DNA of 55,068 nucleotides from an uncultured Gammaproteobacteria bacterium. GTDB taxonomy: Bacteria; Pseudomonadota; Gammaproteobacteria; Steroidobacterales; Rariloculaceae. Under the pieces are notes generated by a model, which saw only the letters and a program-made list of their open reading frames with translations, was not told the DNA's origin and searched no databases. A program made the position numbers and the translations under genes. Shown piece by piece: positions 8,501 to 17,846 of this stretch (positions are counted from its first letter, which is position 1; every line of letters starts with the position of its first letter). The stretch is taken from assembly GCA_964384125.1 (NCBI GenBank), contig CAYLKA010000008.1:2999-58066 (forward strand), read 5' to 3'.

Positions 8501-9658
8501 ATGAAGAAAAAGACAGGCTTGCTCATTCTGATCTCGTACGGGGCGATCGTCTCGCTCGGCTGCACTGGGATCAGTTCCAACGTACGCGACGTTTTGACCC
8601 TACCTGTGGGGGATGCTGAGCGCAGTGACCAAAGGGTCGCCGTCCAAGTCGACACCGTAGTAAATACGCTAAGCGGTAACGCACTATCACCCCAAGCCTT
8701 GAGTGAGCACCTGACCGCTGCACGTCTCGTTCTCGTCGCCGAGCAACACACCAGTTTGGAAGACCACCGGGTCCAACTACGCGTGCTGGAGTTGCTTAAA
8801 GAAGCGCAACGACCTCTTGTCATCGGGTTGGAGATGTTTGTAGTTGATAACCAGCCAACCTTAGATGCCTGGGTCGCTGGACAACTCACTGAGACGGAAT
8901 TCGTCGAACAATCTGACTGGTACTCCACGTGGGGATATCACTGGGGTTACTACCGAGAGATTCTTTTGTTCGCTCGAGCACACGCTATTCCCCTGGTGGG
9001 GCTGCGCGGACCTTCCGAGGTCCTGACTGAGAACGGGGTTTCTCCGGACTTATCCTCGCAAGACCATCGGACGCTTTTCAGTGCATTCTTCGGCACGGAT
9101 GACCCTGTACATGGGGGACTGCCGGAAGATCAGTTGGAAGCGCTATTCATGGCTCAGTGCAGAAGGGACGCGGTTATGGCCTATCACGCAGCCGAAGCCC
9201 TCAAGGCACACCCCGAGGCAACGTTGGTTGTTTTAGCCGGCGCAGGGCACGTGGTCTATGAGCTCGGTATCGCACGCCAGATAGCCGAGTGGTACGACGC
9301 ACCGGCGACCACCATCGTACCCGTGTCGGTACAGAGCCCCGAGACGCGTGTGCAAGCGAGCGTAGGAGACTTCGCATGGGGTGTCCCCAACGAGACGGAC
9401 CCAGCCTTCCCCAGCCTGGGCGCCATCTCCGTGAGCGTGGACGGGGGACTGCATGTTATTCACGTGAACCCTGACTCGACAGCCGAGCGTGGTGGGCTGG
9501 AACCGGGCGATATATTGACCCACTTCAAGGACACGGCCATAGCGGCAAGCTCGGATTTAAATCGGATATTGGCTACTGTCGAGTGGGGCGATGAGGCACC
9601 CCTCATGATCCGTAGGGACGGAACCCTAGAAGAGATTACGCTAACGTTCCGACGCTAG
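8501..9658 (+). CDS. ChaN/EreA-like lipoprotein with a C-terminal PDZ domain
   Basis: Lipobox-like SLGC; LVAEQH..H, IGLEMF, AQCRRDAVMA, LAGAGHV; PDZ-type V..DSTAERGGLEPGDIL..IRRDG. Confidence 0.8.
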   Translation: MKKKTGLLILISYGAIVSLGCTGISSNVRDVLTLPVGDAERSDQRVAVQVDTVVNTLSGNALSPQALSEHLTAARLVLVAEQHTSLEDHRVQLRVLELLKEAQRPLVIGLEMFVVDNQPTLDAWVAGQLTETEFVEQSDWYSTWGYHWGYYREILLFARAHAIPLVGLRGPSEVLTENGVSPDLSSQDHRTLFSAFFGTDDPVHGGLPEDQLEALFMAQCRRDAVMAYHAAEALKAHPEATLVVLAGAGHVVYELGIARQIAEWYDAPATTIVPVSVQSPETRVQASVGDFAWGVPNETDPAFPSLGAISVSVDGGLHVIHVNPDSTAERGGLEPGDILTHFKDTAIAASSDLNRILATVEWGDEAPLMIRRDGTLEEITLTFRR

Positions 9659-9757
9659 GTCAAAAACTGCTGGGAGGTGGCCAAACTGTCCGAGGGCGGT
9701 CGATGGGCCGAGCACCAGCATTAAGGGCCCGAGTACACACCTCGTAAATCGATATCG

Positions 9758-10138
9758 TCAGGCAGGATCGTAGTAGTGCATCTCTAGCAGGACGCATCCA
9801 CCGTCGGAGGCGAACGGACCGTGATAGGCGCCCGGCGGGCGGCAAGCGTAGGTGAAGGGCTGGAATGGGGTACCGCCTTCGCCGTTCTGGTCGTTGCCGA
9901 CCGTTAGATCACCTGAGACAAGGAAAACTTCTTCCCAGTACTCATGCACAAATGGTGCAGTGGTGTATACGCCGGGCGCAAACCTTAGGAGCCGCGTGCG
10001 GCTACCGGTCTTGGTAATCTCGTCAATTTCGCCGGACAAAACTTTCTGTTCTATCCCCTCCGGATAACCATCCAGCGTTTCCCAACCGACGTTCATATCA
10101 AGCTCGTGGAACTCGTCATGAGCCTTGTTAATTGCCAT
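9758..10138 (-). CDS. Cupin-domain protein (ChrR-like)
   Basis: Start ATG 10138 (GGAGG SD). HEYWEEVFLVSGDL and YACRPPGAYHGPF cupin motifs. Confidence 0.85.
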   Translation of the reverse strand: MAINKAHDEFHELDMNVGWETLDGYPEGIEQKVLSGEIDEITKTGSRTRLLRFAPGVYTTAPFVHEYWEEVFLVSGDLTVGNDQNGEGGTPFQPFTYACRPPGAYHGPFASDGGCVLLEMHYYDPA

Positions 10139-10183
10139 AGCGTTGAGACCTCCGAGTTCGGGCAACTCTCATTCGTCACCCGT

Positions 10184-11110
10184 TCAGGATTGCCAGAATT
10201 CCGAGAACTCGGTAGCAACAACCTGATCGTAACTGACGTCGGTCTCGAGTATACCGACACCGCAAGCGAAATCGTTCATACCGGCGACTGACCGCTCGGA
10301 GATAGCCACATCGTAATAGGGAAGATCGCGCCTTATAAGTTCCGCAATCAGTGCCGCTTCCTGGGGTGGGAACAGTGCGTCACCTACCTTAGTGGCAAGT
10401 GAAACATCGGCCTTGAGGACCTTTTGAGTCCTTACAATCGCGCGGATTACAGCGGCAACCGTCTCAGGAGAGCCCTCAATAAGGCGCTCGGTCGTGGCGA
10501 TAGAAGCCATCGTGTAATCGAAACATCCTTTCGGTCCGTCACCACGTCGGACATCGAGCACGACGGTCCCCGCACCGCCCCTGACCGCGACCTCGGTTCC
10601 CATGCCATTCGCCCAGAATCCATCGATCTTGCCAGCCTCGAGAGCCCGAGCAGCCGTCAAACCGAAGTTAGTCGTAGAACCCACCGCACCTGGAACCGGT
10701 GCGATATTGATCTGATCGCGCTCAAGGTCATAACCCGCCTCGACTAATAGGGCTTTCAAGCCCATGTCGACCCACGGTGCAGCACCAATATTGCGGCCCT
10801 TTACGATGTCGAGATCTCCGTGCACTGCATTGAGGTCGCTCCTCATGACCAGAAACCAGTACATCCCTCGCCCCTGGGCCGCGATGAGTCTGACACCCTC
10901 CCAATTAGGAAATGCCGAAAGAGCAGAGTGTGCGGAACCACCGACGAAATCGACCCCACCGGATCGCAGCTCTGAGTAACACTTGTCGACTGGAAAAACG
11001 AGCTCAAGCTCCATATCGAGCCCTTCCGCGGCGAAGAAACCGAGCTCGATGGCCGCCACTGCTGGAAAATAGGAATTAGAAATCAGATCTGGTACAGCAA
11101 GTTTCATCAA
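10184..11110 (-). CDS. NitT/TauT (NMT1/SsuA-like) ABC substrate-binding protein
   Basis: YFPAVAAIELGFFAAEGLDMEL, L.SGGVDF, L.G.NIG, ALEAGKIDG, PETVAAVIRAI pattern. No clear signal peptide. Confidence 0.82.
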   Translation of the reverse strand: MMKLAVPDLISNSYFPAVAAIELGFFAAEGLDMELELVFPVDKCYSELRSGGVDFVGGSAHSALSAFPNWEGVRLIAAQGRGMYWFLVMRSDLNAVHGDLDIVKGRNIGAAPWVDMGLKALLVEAGYDLERDQINIAPVPGAVGSTTNFGLTAARALEAGKIDGFWANGMGTEVAVRGGAGTVVLDVRRGDGPKGCFDYTMASIATTERLIEGSPETVAAVIRAIVRTQKVLKADVSLATKVGDALFPPQEAALIAELIRRDLPYYDVAISERSVAGMNDFACGVGILETDVSYDQVVATEFSEFWQS

Positions 11111-11127
11111 ACTCTCTGCTCACGTCC

Positions 11128-12816
11128 CTAGTCGTCTGTAACCGAAGGGTCATTTTCGAATACGACCGGCTCGTTCATTGCTACGTCACCACGACGTCCA
11201 GCGATTAGCTCGTCAGACAAATCAAAGTACTCGCTGCGAGTCGCCTTCTCCGCTTGTCTCTCGAGCTGCTGTGGCCACACGCCAAGGTTATAACCATGCC
11301 AGGGCGACTCCGGCTTGAGCGGGGGAAGTCCGAGACGATTCCAGATCTCACCAGCACGCTCCATGTATTCCCGTTTTGGCAAGGCAACCGGTGCGTAGTC
11401 AGTTTTTAGAACCGCGTTGATCAGAACGGATGCGCTCTCACCATCGTCAAGCGGCCCCCTGGGTCCGTGACCGGGATCCTTACGACCCAACACCTTCATA
11501 TCGTGTTGCGGCTGACAGCGGTAGGACATGGCCCAAAACAAGGCATCTGCGTTATGTGGATCGATATCCTCGTCGACCGCTACGACCCATTTTCCAGCAA
11601 ACCGGTGCAGTGTCGCCGCCCCATAGAGCGCTCGCCAAACCTCTGTCTCCGGCACATCGCGTTCGAACTGCACACCAATCACTGCATATAGATTCGTCAG
11701 CGGCTCATGCATCGCGACCTGCTTGACGCCGGCTATACCCATATTTGAACGCAAGTGATTGAGGTATACCGGCTCCATCGCCACCTTGCGAATGACGCTG
11801 GACTCGCTCGGAGCTACCTGACTAATGAAAGACGTTACGATCGGTCTGCGCCGGTGGGTGATAGCGGTAACATCCATGAACGCGTTGTACTCAGCTAAGT
11901 TGACGTAACCGTGTGATTCACCAAATGGAGCTTCCGGCTCGAGGAGTTCGGTATTAATAAGGCCTTCGATAACAAACTCGGCTTCGGCCGGGACCAAAAC
12001 ATCGACCGTCTTTGCTTTCACAACATTGATAGGCCCTCCGGCCAGACCACCGGCAACCGCAAGCTCGTCCAAGTGCCGTGGCATCTTCTGCACCGAAGCG
12101 TATGAGACGGCGGGTGGGCAACCAACGGCTACAGCACATGGCATGGGCTCGCCACGTTCCTTGTATTTCATCCAATGACCGTAAATCCCAGCACCCAACT
12201 CGACCGACGGATTCATACCGAGACGTCTGGGTGCCTTGATCTGACCACGGTAGTTACCCATATTCTGAAGCCCGGATTCTGGGTCCCGAGTGATGTAGTG
12301 ACCCGCCGACAGATACGGAGCGTTATCCCAGCCCGGTGTGGAAATCGGCACCGGCAAACGCTCGAGGGCATTACCGGGTGTATCCAGCTCAGCACCACTG
12401 ATGACCACATCATGGCAGGGTGCGACCTTTACAATGCGGGGATCGATAGGATTGGCAATCGCCTTGATCCAGCTCTCACCGATCCCCTCAAGCGGTGAAC
12501 CGAATCCAACGCGGTATACCTGTGGCGAACCTGCAAGCCCTGCCACGAGCACGGCGCTCTCGAAGTTGCGCCCCTTACTGTCGGTGGGTTTAACAAAGAG
12601 AAAAGCCTTGCGTTCAGATTCCGGGATGCCGCCTCGATACTGCCAGCGAACAAGCGGATGCATCTCCGTATCTTTGTTTATCGGCTCAGTTATCACATAG
12701 AGCAGGTCCTCGCGCGCCAGTGCGAGAACGTGCTCGTGTAAGTCCGGATAACTGCGTTCAGGCTGCCCGTCGGTGTCTGCATAAGGTTCGAGCGCAGGCG
12801 GAACTTGCGTCGTCAT
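11128..12816 (-). CDS. UbiD-family (prFMN-dependent) decarboxylase, copy 1
   Basis: GNYR, VPAEAEFVIEG, EPEAPFGESHGY (catalytic Glu pair), VAVDEDIDP..WAMSYR. Confidence 0.92.
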   Translation of the reverse strand: MTTQVPPALEPYADTDGQPERSYPDLHEHVLALAREDLLYVITEPINKDTEMHPLVRWQYRGGIPESERKAFLFVKPTDSKGRNFESAVLVAGLAGSPQVYRVGFGSPLEGIGESWIKAIANPIDPRIVKVAPCHDVVISGAELDTPGNALERLPVPISTPGWDNAPYLSAGHYITRDPESGLQNMGNYRGQIKAPRRLGMNPSVELGAGIYGHWMKYKERGEPMPCAVAVGCPPAVSYASVQKMPRHLDELAVAGGLAGGPINVVKAKTVDVLVPAEAEFVIEGLINTELLEPEAPFGESHGYVNLAEYNAFMDVTAITHRRRPIVTSFISQVAPSESSVIRKVAMEPVYLNHLRSNMGIAGVKQVAMHEPLTNLYAVIGVQFERDVPETEVWRALYGAATLHRFAGKWVVAVDEDIDPHNADALFWAMSYRCQPQHDMKVLGRKDPGHGPRGPLDDGESASVLINAVLKTDYAPVALPKREYMERAGEIWNRLGLPPLKPESPWHGYNLGVWPQQLERQAEKATRSEYFDLSDELIAGRRGDVAMNEPVVFENDPSVTDD

Positions 12817-14043
12817 CTAAGGCGTCTCCAAAGTAATCGAGTTGGCACGTCGCTGCATTGCAATCATGGAGGTTTCCAACAAAAACTCGCGCGCCCTTTC
12901 TGGATTGGCAGCGGTCTGCGCCAACTCTCTAAGATTTCGTCTGCGCGTCTCTGGGTCGCGCGCTTCCAACCGTTTCTTATTCGCGATCGTCTGCTGCTGG
13001 ACGAATTCGTGTGTGACCGTGCGCCGTTGTTTGTCGTATAGGGCGAGCTGGGATTTCGAGGTCTCCCCCAGAATGACATTCGCTAGGTTCTCTGCAAGGC
13101 AGGCAGCATCCTGAAACCCCCCATTTAGGCCCATTCCACCGATGGAGTTGTTCACGTGCGCGGCATCACCGGCAAGTAAAACGCGCCCTTTGACAAACGT
13201 TGCAGCTACGCGTTGATGGGTGACGTAAAGATTTCGATGGACGATCTCATAGGGCTCTGGTCGCGCGAAGAACTTCTGTAATCGAAATTGCACAGCCTCG
13301 TCGCTCAAGATCTGCTCATTACTTTCATCGCGAACCGTTGGGAAAACCGTGCGCCAAAGCCCTGGAGGCCCATCACCAGAGACCTTGAAACAGTTACACC
13401 ACTCCTCAGGGTCGGCAATGTACGTACGATAACAGAACCCTCTGTGAGCCTCGAAATCAAACGGCGTCGTCAAAACCAGAAAGCGCTCGGGGTAAGTAAA
13501 ACCCTCAAAGTCAATGCCCGCTTGCTTGCGGACGGTGCTCGTCCCGCCGTCCGCACCTATGAGATATGAACCCGAAAAGGTCTCTACACCTTGTGGGGTC
13601 ATCACCGAGACTGTTACGGAGTCCTCATCCTGCTCAAACGCTTCGACGGTGTGCGCAAACAGAACCTCCACATTAGGCAATTCGTTAAGGCGCGCAAGAA
13701 TGAGCTTCGCCGTCTTGAACTGCTCACACTGAATCACGAAGGGAAAATCCGTGTCCTCTCCAAGGAGCCTATGATCGAATTCGGCAATCTTTGAAGCTGA
13801 CGGTCGATCCCAGAATTGGAAAACATGCGCGACCAACCCAACCCGCGCCATGTCCTCCACCAAGTCATCGACATTCAGGATTTCGAGCGTTCCAGGATGC
13901 GTGGTCGCTGCCCGTGGATCTTCTTGCAAGCAGTCGTTTTCATCGAAGACGGTGACTTCGATACCACGCCGACCCAACAGCAGAGCCGCAAACAGTCCCA
14001 CAGGCCCACCGCCAGAGATCAGCACATGTTGACTGTGACCCAT
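12817..14043 (-). CDS. FAD-dependent monooxygenase (group A, MhpA/PheA-like aromatic hydroxylase)
   Basis: GGGPVG, LIGADGGTS.VR, LAGDAAH...GGMGLNGGFQDA fingerprints. Confidence 0.92.
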   Translation of the reverse strand: MGHSQHVLISGGGPVGLFAALLLGRRGIEVTVFDENDCLQEDPRAATTHPGTLEILNVDDLVEDMARVGLVAHVFQFWDRPSASKIAEFDHRLLGEDTDFPFVIQCEQFKTAKLILARLNELPNVEVLFAHTVEAFEQDEDSVTVSVMTPQGVETFSGSYLIGADGGTSTVRKQAGIDFEGFTYPERFLVLTTPFDFEAHRGFCYRTYIADPEEWCNCFKVSGDGPPGLWRTVFPTVRDESNEQILSDEAVQFRLQKFFARPEPYEIVHRNLYVTHQRVAATFVKGRVLLAGDAAHVNNSIGGMGLNGGFQDAACLAENLANVILGETSKSQLALYDKQRRTVTHEFVQQQTIANKKRLEARDPETRRRNLRELAQTAANPERAREFLLETSMIAMQRRANSITLETP

Positions 14044-14078
14044 TCCGAGTGACCCGCTACGGTGTCTAATACCGCACC

Positions 14079-14759
14079 TTAAGCGGAGTAAGGCAGACGC
14101 GCGACACTGTAACGATGAGAGATCCGCCGACCCAACACTGGGTCTTCAATCTCGAATTCGAAGGTGTCCGAAGGCCTAACGCCGCCTCGAGCAGCAAGCG
14201 TGCCACAAAACATCATGCACCCTTCCGGCAGCCCCGACGAACCCGTGTACATGCTAATGGTCTCGAGAGGGTCGAGCATCGCGAGAACAGAACCTTCCTG
14301 GTAAAGCACACGCTCACCCGCCTCCACTATGTATGAACGCAAGCGAAGCTCACCCCAGTGGGGCGCTACTTCCGCGTGTTCCCAAAAAATCGGAGCGATG
14401 GGCTTTTCGCACATCTGCTTCGACGCCGTGACATCGTAAGTCTCGGCTCCTCTATCGGTATGGTCAGAACCAACACCAACCCAGAGTTTCCCAGCAGCAG
14501 TGAGTAAAACGAACTCCACCTCACCGCTCGTCTCGCCGCTCGTCACCTCGATCTGTGTGCCGAGCGTGGCCCGGTTCACCGATACGTGATAAAAAATCGG
14601 CGTCGTACTGGGGCGCTTGACTCCAAGCGCTTCAAGCTCAGCGATATGCCGTTCCAGAGCCTCTGGATCGCGTCCGGTCCAGCCCGCTATAACAAGCTGA
14701 TGAAGTGCCTGCGAATCCGCCTGCACACTATCGTCACCGAGGCATAACGACAATTCCAT
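14079..14759 (-). CDS. DUF2848-family protein (FAH-superfamily-like)
   Basis: Start ATG 14759. IAGWTGRD..HIAEL, TSGEVE, GVGSDHTDR..E....SKQMCEKP, LYQEG, MFCGT, DPVLGRRISHRY. Confidence 0.85.
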   Translation of the reverse strand: MELSLCLGDDSVQADSQALHQLVIAGWTGRDPEALERHIAELEALGVKRPSTTPIFYHVSVNRATLGTQIEVTSGETSGEVEFVLLTAAGKLWVGVGSDHTDRGAETYDVTASKQMCEKPIAPIFWEHAEVAPHWGELRLRSYIVEAGERVLYQEGSVLAMLDPLETISMYTGSSGLPEGCMMFCGTLAARGGVRPSDTFEFEIEDPVLGRRISHRYSVARLPYSA

Positions 14760-14781
14760 GAGACCCCTACGCGTTCGCAAA

Positions 14782-15957
14782 TCAGCGCCGATCAACTCTG
14801 ACCCTATGGACACCGTCGGTCCGGCCCTGATATTTCCCCGTCCTCAGCCACTCCATAGACACGTCTTGCATGAACTTGTAGTGGAAACTCTCCCAGAACG
14901 GATAATGCGTTGCGCATTCCATGTTGATAAGCGCCTTGCTCGCGGTACCGGTCAGGTCTGCGTACAAGGGCTCTGCGGCCTCGTACAGGAAGTCCTCTTC
15001 TCCCACAAGAATGAGTGTCGGAGTCTGCACACGCGCCGCATATTCTCTATTCCATCCCCATTGGGTTGCAGTACTCACACGAAGGACACCATCCGGCGGC
15101 CCCCAAACCGAGCCGAGTGAATCAACACCCATGATGGTCTGCCAAACCACAGGCTCGACATCCGAATCGACCTGCCCCTCACAGGCGACAGCGCCATGCC
15201 AGCGCTCCCCCATATACATCTGCCGCGTCATCAGCGTCATTGGGGTCCCTACCTCTGGCACATCTTCGGGCGCGCTGGCAGGGCCGCTCGGTGAGTACAC
15301 CGGGGCCAGCAGAATCAATTTGTCTACCTTCTCCGGATGGCGGGCAGCGTAGCCCGCCGTGCGAGGCCCACCCCGCGACCAGCCCACTAGACTCACGCGG
15401 TCGATGCCCCGCAATTCCCTGATGTAATCAACCACCGTGTCAATCTCGTCCCAGTCCGACTGGCTGGTCGTCAATTTGTACCCGTAACTTGGCTCGCAAG
15501 GAGCCGACAATGGGTTCGGGCTCACCACCGACTGAGCCTCGACAGCAAAATTGCAGGGGTCATCCATTTCGGGCTGTGGCGAACGGCCAAACCCCGTGTG
15601 ATCCATAGCGAAAGCGTCGAAACCAGCTTCGGCGAATACGCTCATCCAACTGTAGTCCTCGAAGGGCAAATCGAATACGGGCAGGGAAGGCGCTAATGAA
15701 CCATGCACAAATAATACGGCCCGCCCAGGTGGCAGCGAGCCAGCTTCAAGCTCTTCCTGTAGACCTTCCGAGATTTTCTCTCTGACAAAAATGCCGACCT
15801 TCTTACTAGCATTGGCCGGGACTGTGGAAACATGCGGGACAAACACGTCAACTGTCGCCACCCTCTCCTGAGCGAGACTCGCTGTGTAGTTCAGAAGAAC
15901 TAGCGTGCCCATGACCGCCGTTGTTATACCTGTACTGCCTGGTATCAACCTTTTCAT
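14782..15957 (-). CDS. Secreted alpha/beta-fold hydrolase
   Basis: Signal peptide; LFVHG, DHTGFGRS, nucleophile elbow GWSRGG, GEED, ATH. Confidence 0.88.
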   Translation of the reverse strand: MKRLIPGSTGITTAVMGTLVLLNYTASLAQERVATVDVFVPHVSTVPANASKKVGIFVREKISEGLQEELEAGSLPPGRAVLFVHGSLAPSLPVFDLPFEDYSWMSVFAEAGFDAFAMDHTGFGRSPQPEMDDPCNFAVEAQSVVSPNPLSAPCEPSYGYKLTTSQSDWDEIDTVVDYIRELRGIDRVSLVGWSRGGPRTAGYAARHPEKVDKLILLAPVYSPSGPASAPEDVPEVGTPMTLMTRQMYMGERWHGAVACEGQVDSDVEPVVWQTIMGVDSLGSVWGPPDGVLRVSTATQWGWNREYAARVQTPTLILVGEEDFLYEAAEPLYADLTGTASKALINMECATHYPFWESFHYKFMQDVSMEWLRTGKYQGRTDGVHRVRVDRR

Positions 15958-15997
15958 CGCCCGCCCCCAATCGTTCTTTGTTCTATCCCTCGACCCA

Positions 15998-17623
15998 TCA
16001 CTGCCGGTATTCGCCAGATCGGAGCACCCGCCCGGGCCGCGCGCCCGTCATCTCGCCGTTAAGAAGCACTGCCTCACCCGACAGAAAAACGTGGTGCATG
16101 CCTTCCGCATACTGGTGTGGATCCTCGAATGTCGCTTTATCAATCACCGTTTGTGAGTCGAACACCGCGATATCGGCAACCGCATCAACTTCGATGCGAC
16201 CGCGGTCGGTGAGACCCATACGCTCTGCCGGGAGACGCGTCATCTTATGAATCGCCGTGTGAAGCGGTAGGAGATTCTCTTCTCTGACGTAACGTCCGAG
16301 GACGCGCGCAAACGCCCCATAGTATCTGGGATGCGGCTTTCTCTCTGTCGGTGCTTCGATACCGCCATCGGATGCGGTCATCGTGACAGGATGCTGCATG
16401 ATTCGCCTGACATCCTCCTCGCTCATCGCATGGAAAACTGCTCTGCAGTTACTCCCCTCCACCAACTCCATCAAGAGCTCCGCGGCATTCTCGTGCGAGG
16501 CGTCGCGTCCTTGCTGGCGCAGGATCTCTGAGAGATTCAAGCCGTTGAGCGTGCTGTCGTGAGCGCAATCCGCAAGCACAACATTCGCAGGATCGTTGCC
16601 CCCCCGATCTACCTCAATATTGTGGACGATGTCCTCTTTGATTTGAGCCCTTTGTTCGCCGTCCTGCAGCCGGGCGATGAGCGCCTCTCTCCCGCCGTCC
16701 AGGCTCCATCCCGGAAACATAATCGACAGTGTGCTAGAGGAAGCTGTATACGGGTATTGATCAATTGAGACGTCGACGCCTCGTGCGCGAGCATCATCGA
16801 CCAGCGCCAACGTGTCTAACGACCTCCCCCACATGGGCGCGCCAACGACCTTGTGGTGCGTAATCTGAGTCGGCAGCCCGCCCTCCTCGCCGATGCGGAT
16901 GGTCTCCGCCACACTATCCAAGACCTCAAGACCCTCCTGGCGCATATGACTAATGTAGATCCCTCCGTACTGGCCGGCGACTTTTGCCAACTCGATGACT
17001 TCGTCGGTCGACGCAAACCGACCTGGCGGATAAATCAAGCCCGAGGACAAGCCGAACGCGCCCTGCTGCATCGCTAGAGCAACCTGATCGCGCATTTCTT
17101 GCAACTCATCATCCGAGGGAGATCGATCGTCCTCGCCCATGACGTATGCGCGGATCGATCCATGCCCAACGAAGGTCCCGAAATTGACCGCGGCGGGATT
17201 CGCATCGAGGACCGCCAACGTATTACCTATAGGCAACGGAGAGCCCCCGTCCGGGCCACTCATAACCGTCGCCACACCCTGTCGAATAACGTTCTCCGCA
17301 TCCGGCCACCGAAAGATGCCGTCATTAGGGTCATCACGAACCGCATGGGTGTGAATATCGATGAAGCCGGGAGCAACGACCAAACCACTCACTTCGAGGG
17401 TCAGCTGCGCGTCATGCCCACCAAGATCACCAACGGCAGCAATCCGATCTCCGCTGATGGCCAGATCGGCGATCAACGGTTCAACGTTCTCCCCGCTATA
17501 GACCGTCCCGCCCAACAACAGGATGTCGAAGGGCTCCTCCGAAATACCCGCGTCCTGGGCTTGGCGCTCAACGGAGCACGCCGTTAACAAAACAATCAGC
17601 GATAACAGACAGCGTTTACACAT
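15998..17623 (-). CDS. N-acyl-D-amino-acid deacylase (D-aminoacylase) family amidohydrolase, lipoprotein
   Basis: Lipobox LTAC; PGFIDIHTH, GLSSGLIYPPG, YISHMR, ITHHK, DQYPY, ASDG, HPRYYGAF. Confidence 0.9.
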   Translation of the reverse strand: MCKRCLLSLIVLLTACSVERQAQDAGISEEPFDILLLGGTVYSGENVEPLIADLAISGDRIAAVGDLGGHDAQLTLEVSGLVVAPGFIDIHTHAVRDDPNDGIFRWPDAENVIRQGVATVMSGPDGGSPLPIGNTLAVLDANPAAVNFGTFVGHGSIRAYVMGEDDRSPSDDELQEMRDQVALAMQQGAFGLSSGLIYPPGRFASTDEVIELAKVAGQYGGIYISHMRQEGLEVLDSVAETIRIGEEGGLPTQITHHKVVGAPMWGRSLDTLALVDDARARGVDVSIDQYPYTASSSTLSIMFPGWSLDGGREALIARLQDGEQRAQIKEDIVHNIEVDRGGNDPANVVLADCAHDSTLNGLNLSEILRQQGRDASHENAAELLMELVEGSNCRAVFHAMSEEDVRRIMQHPVTMTASDGGIEAPTERKPHPRYYGAFARVLGRYVREENLLPLHTAIHKMTRLPAERMGLTDRGRIEVDAVADIAVFDSQTVIDKATFEDPHQYAEGMHHVFLSGEAVLLNGEMTGARPGRVLRSGEYRQ

Positions 17624-17769
17624 AACCCCATCCTATCCGAACGGCTCGAACCCTTTGGAGCCCGACCGCCTCCCCGAGTAGCTTGAGACCTCAAGTTTAC
17701 ATCCCAGAGGGTTGCAGGGCCCCGATCACAACCAGCCTAGACTTAGTCTAAGTCTGAACGCCGCAAGCC

Positions 17770-17805
17770 TTGACGTGAGTCACGCGGGCATGAGTAACTC
17801 TCGCC
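17770..17805. promoter_or_regulatory. Candidate operator in the divergent promoter of the UbiD cluster
   Basis: TTGACG (-35-like) overlapped by palindromes GTGAGTCAC and GAGTAACTC, which also form a TGAGTnAC direct repeat with a 15-nt period. Confidence 0.4.
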
Positions 17806-17846
17806 CTCCTCTCCCTCATCAAATCGAATAGCGGGAAAAACAGACG

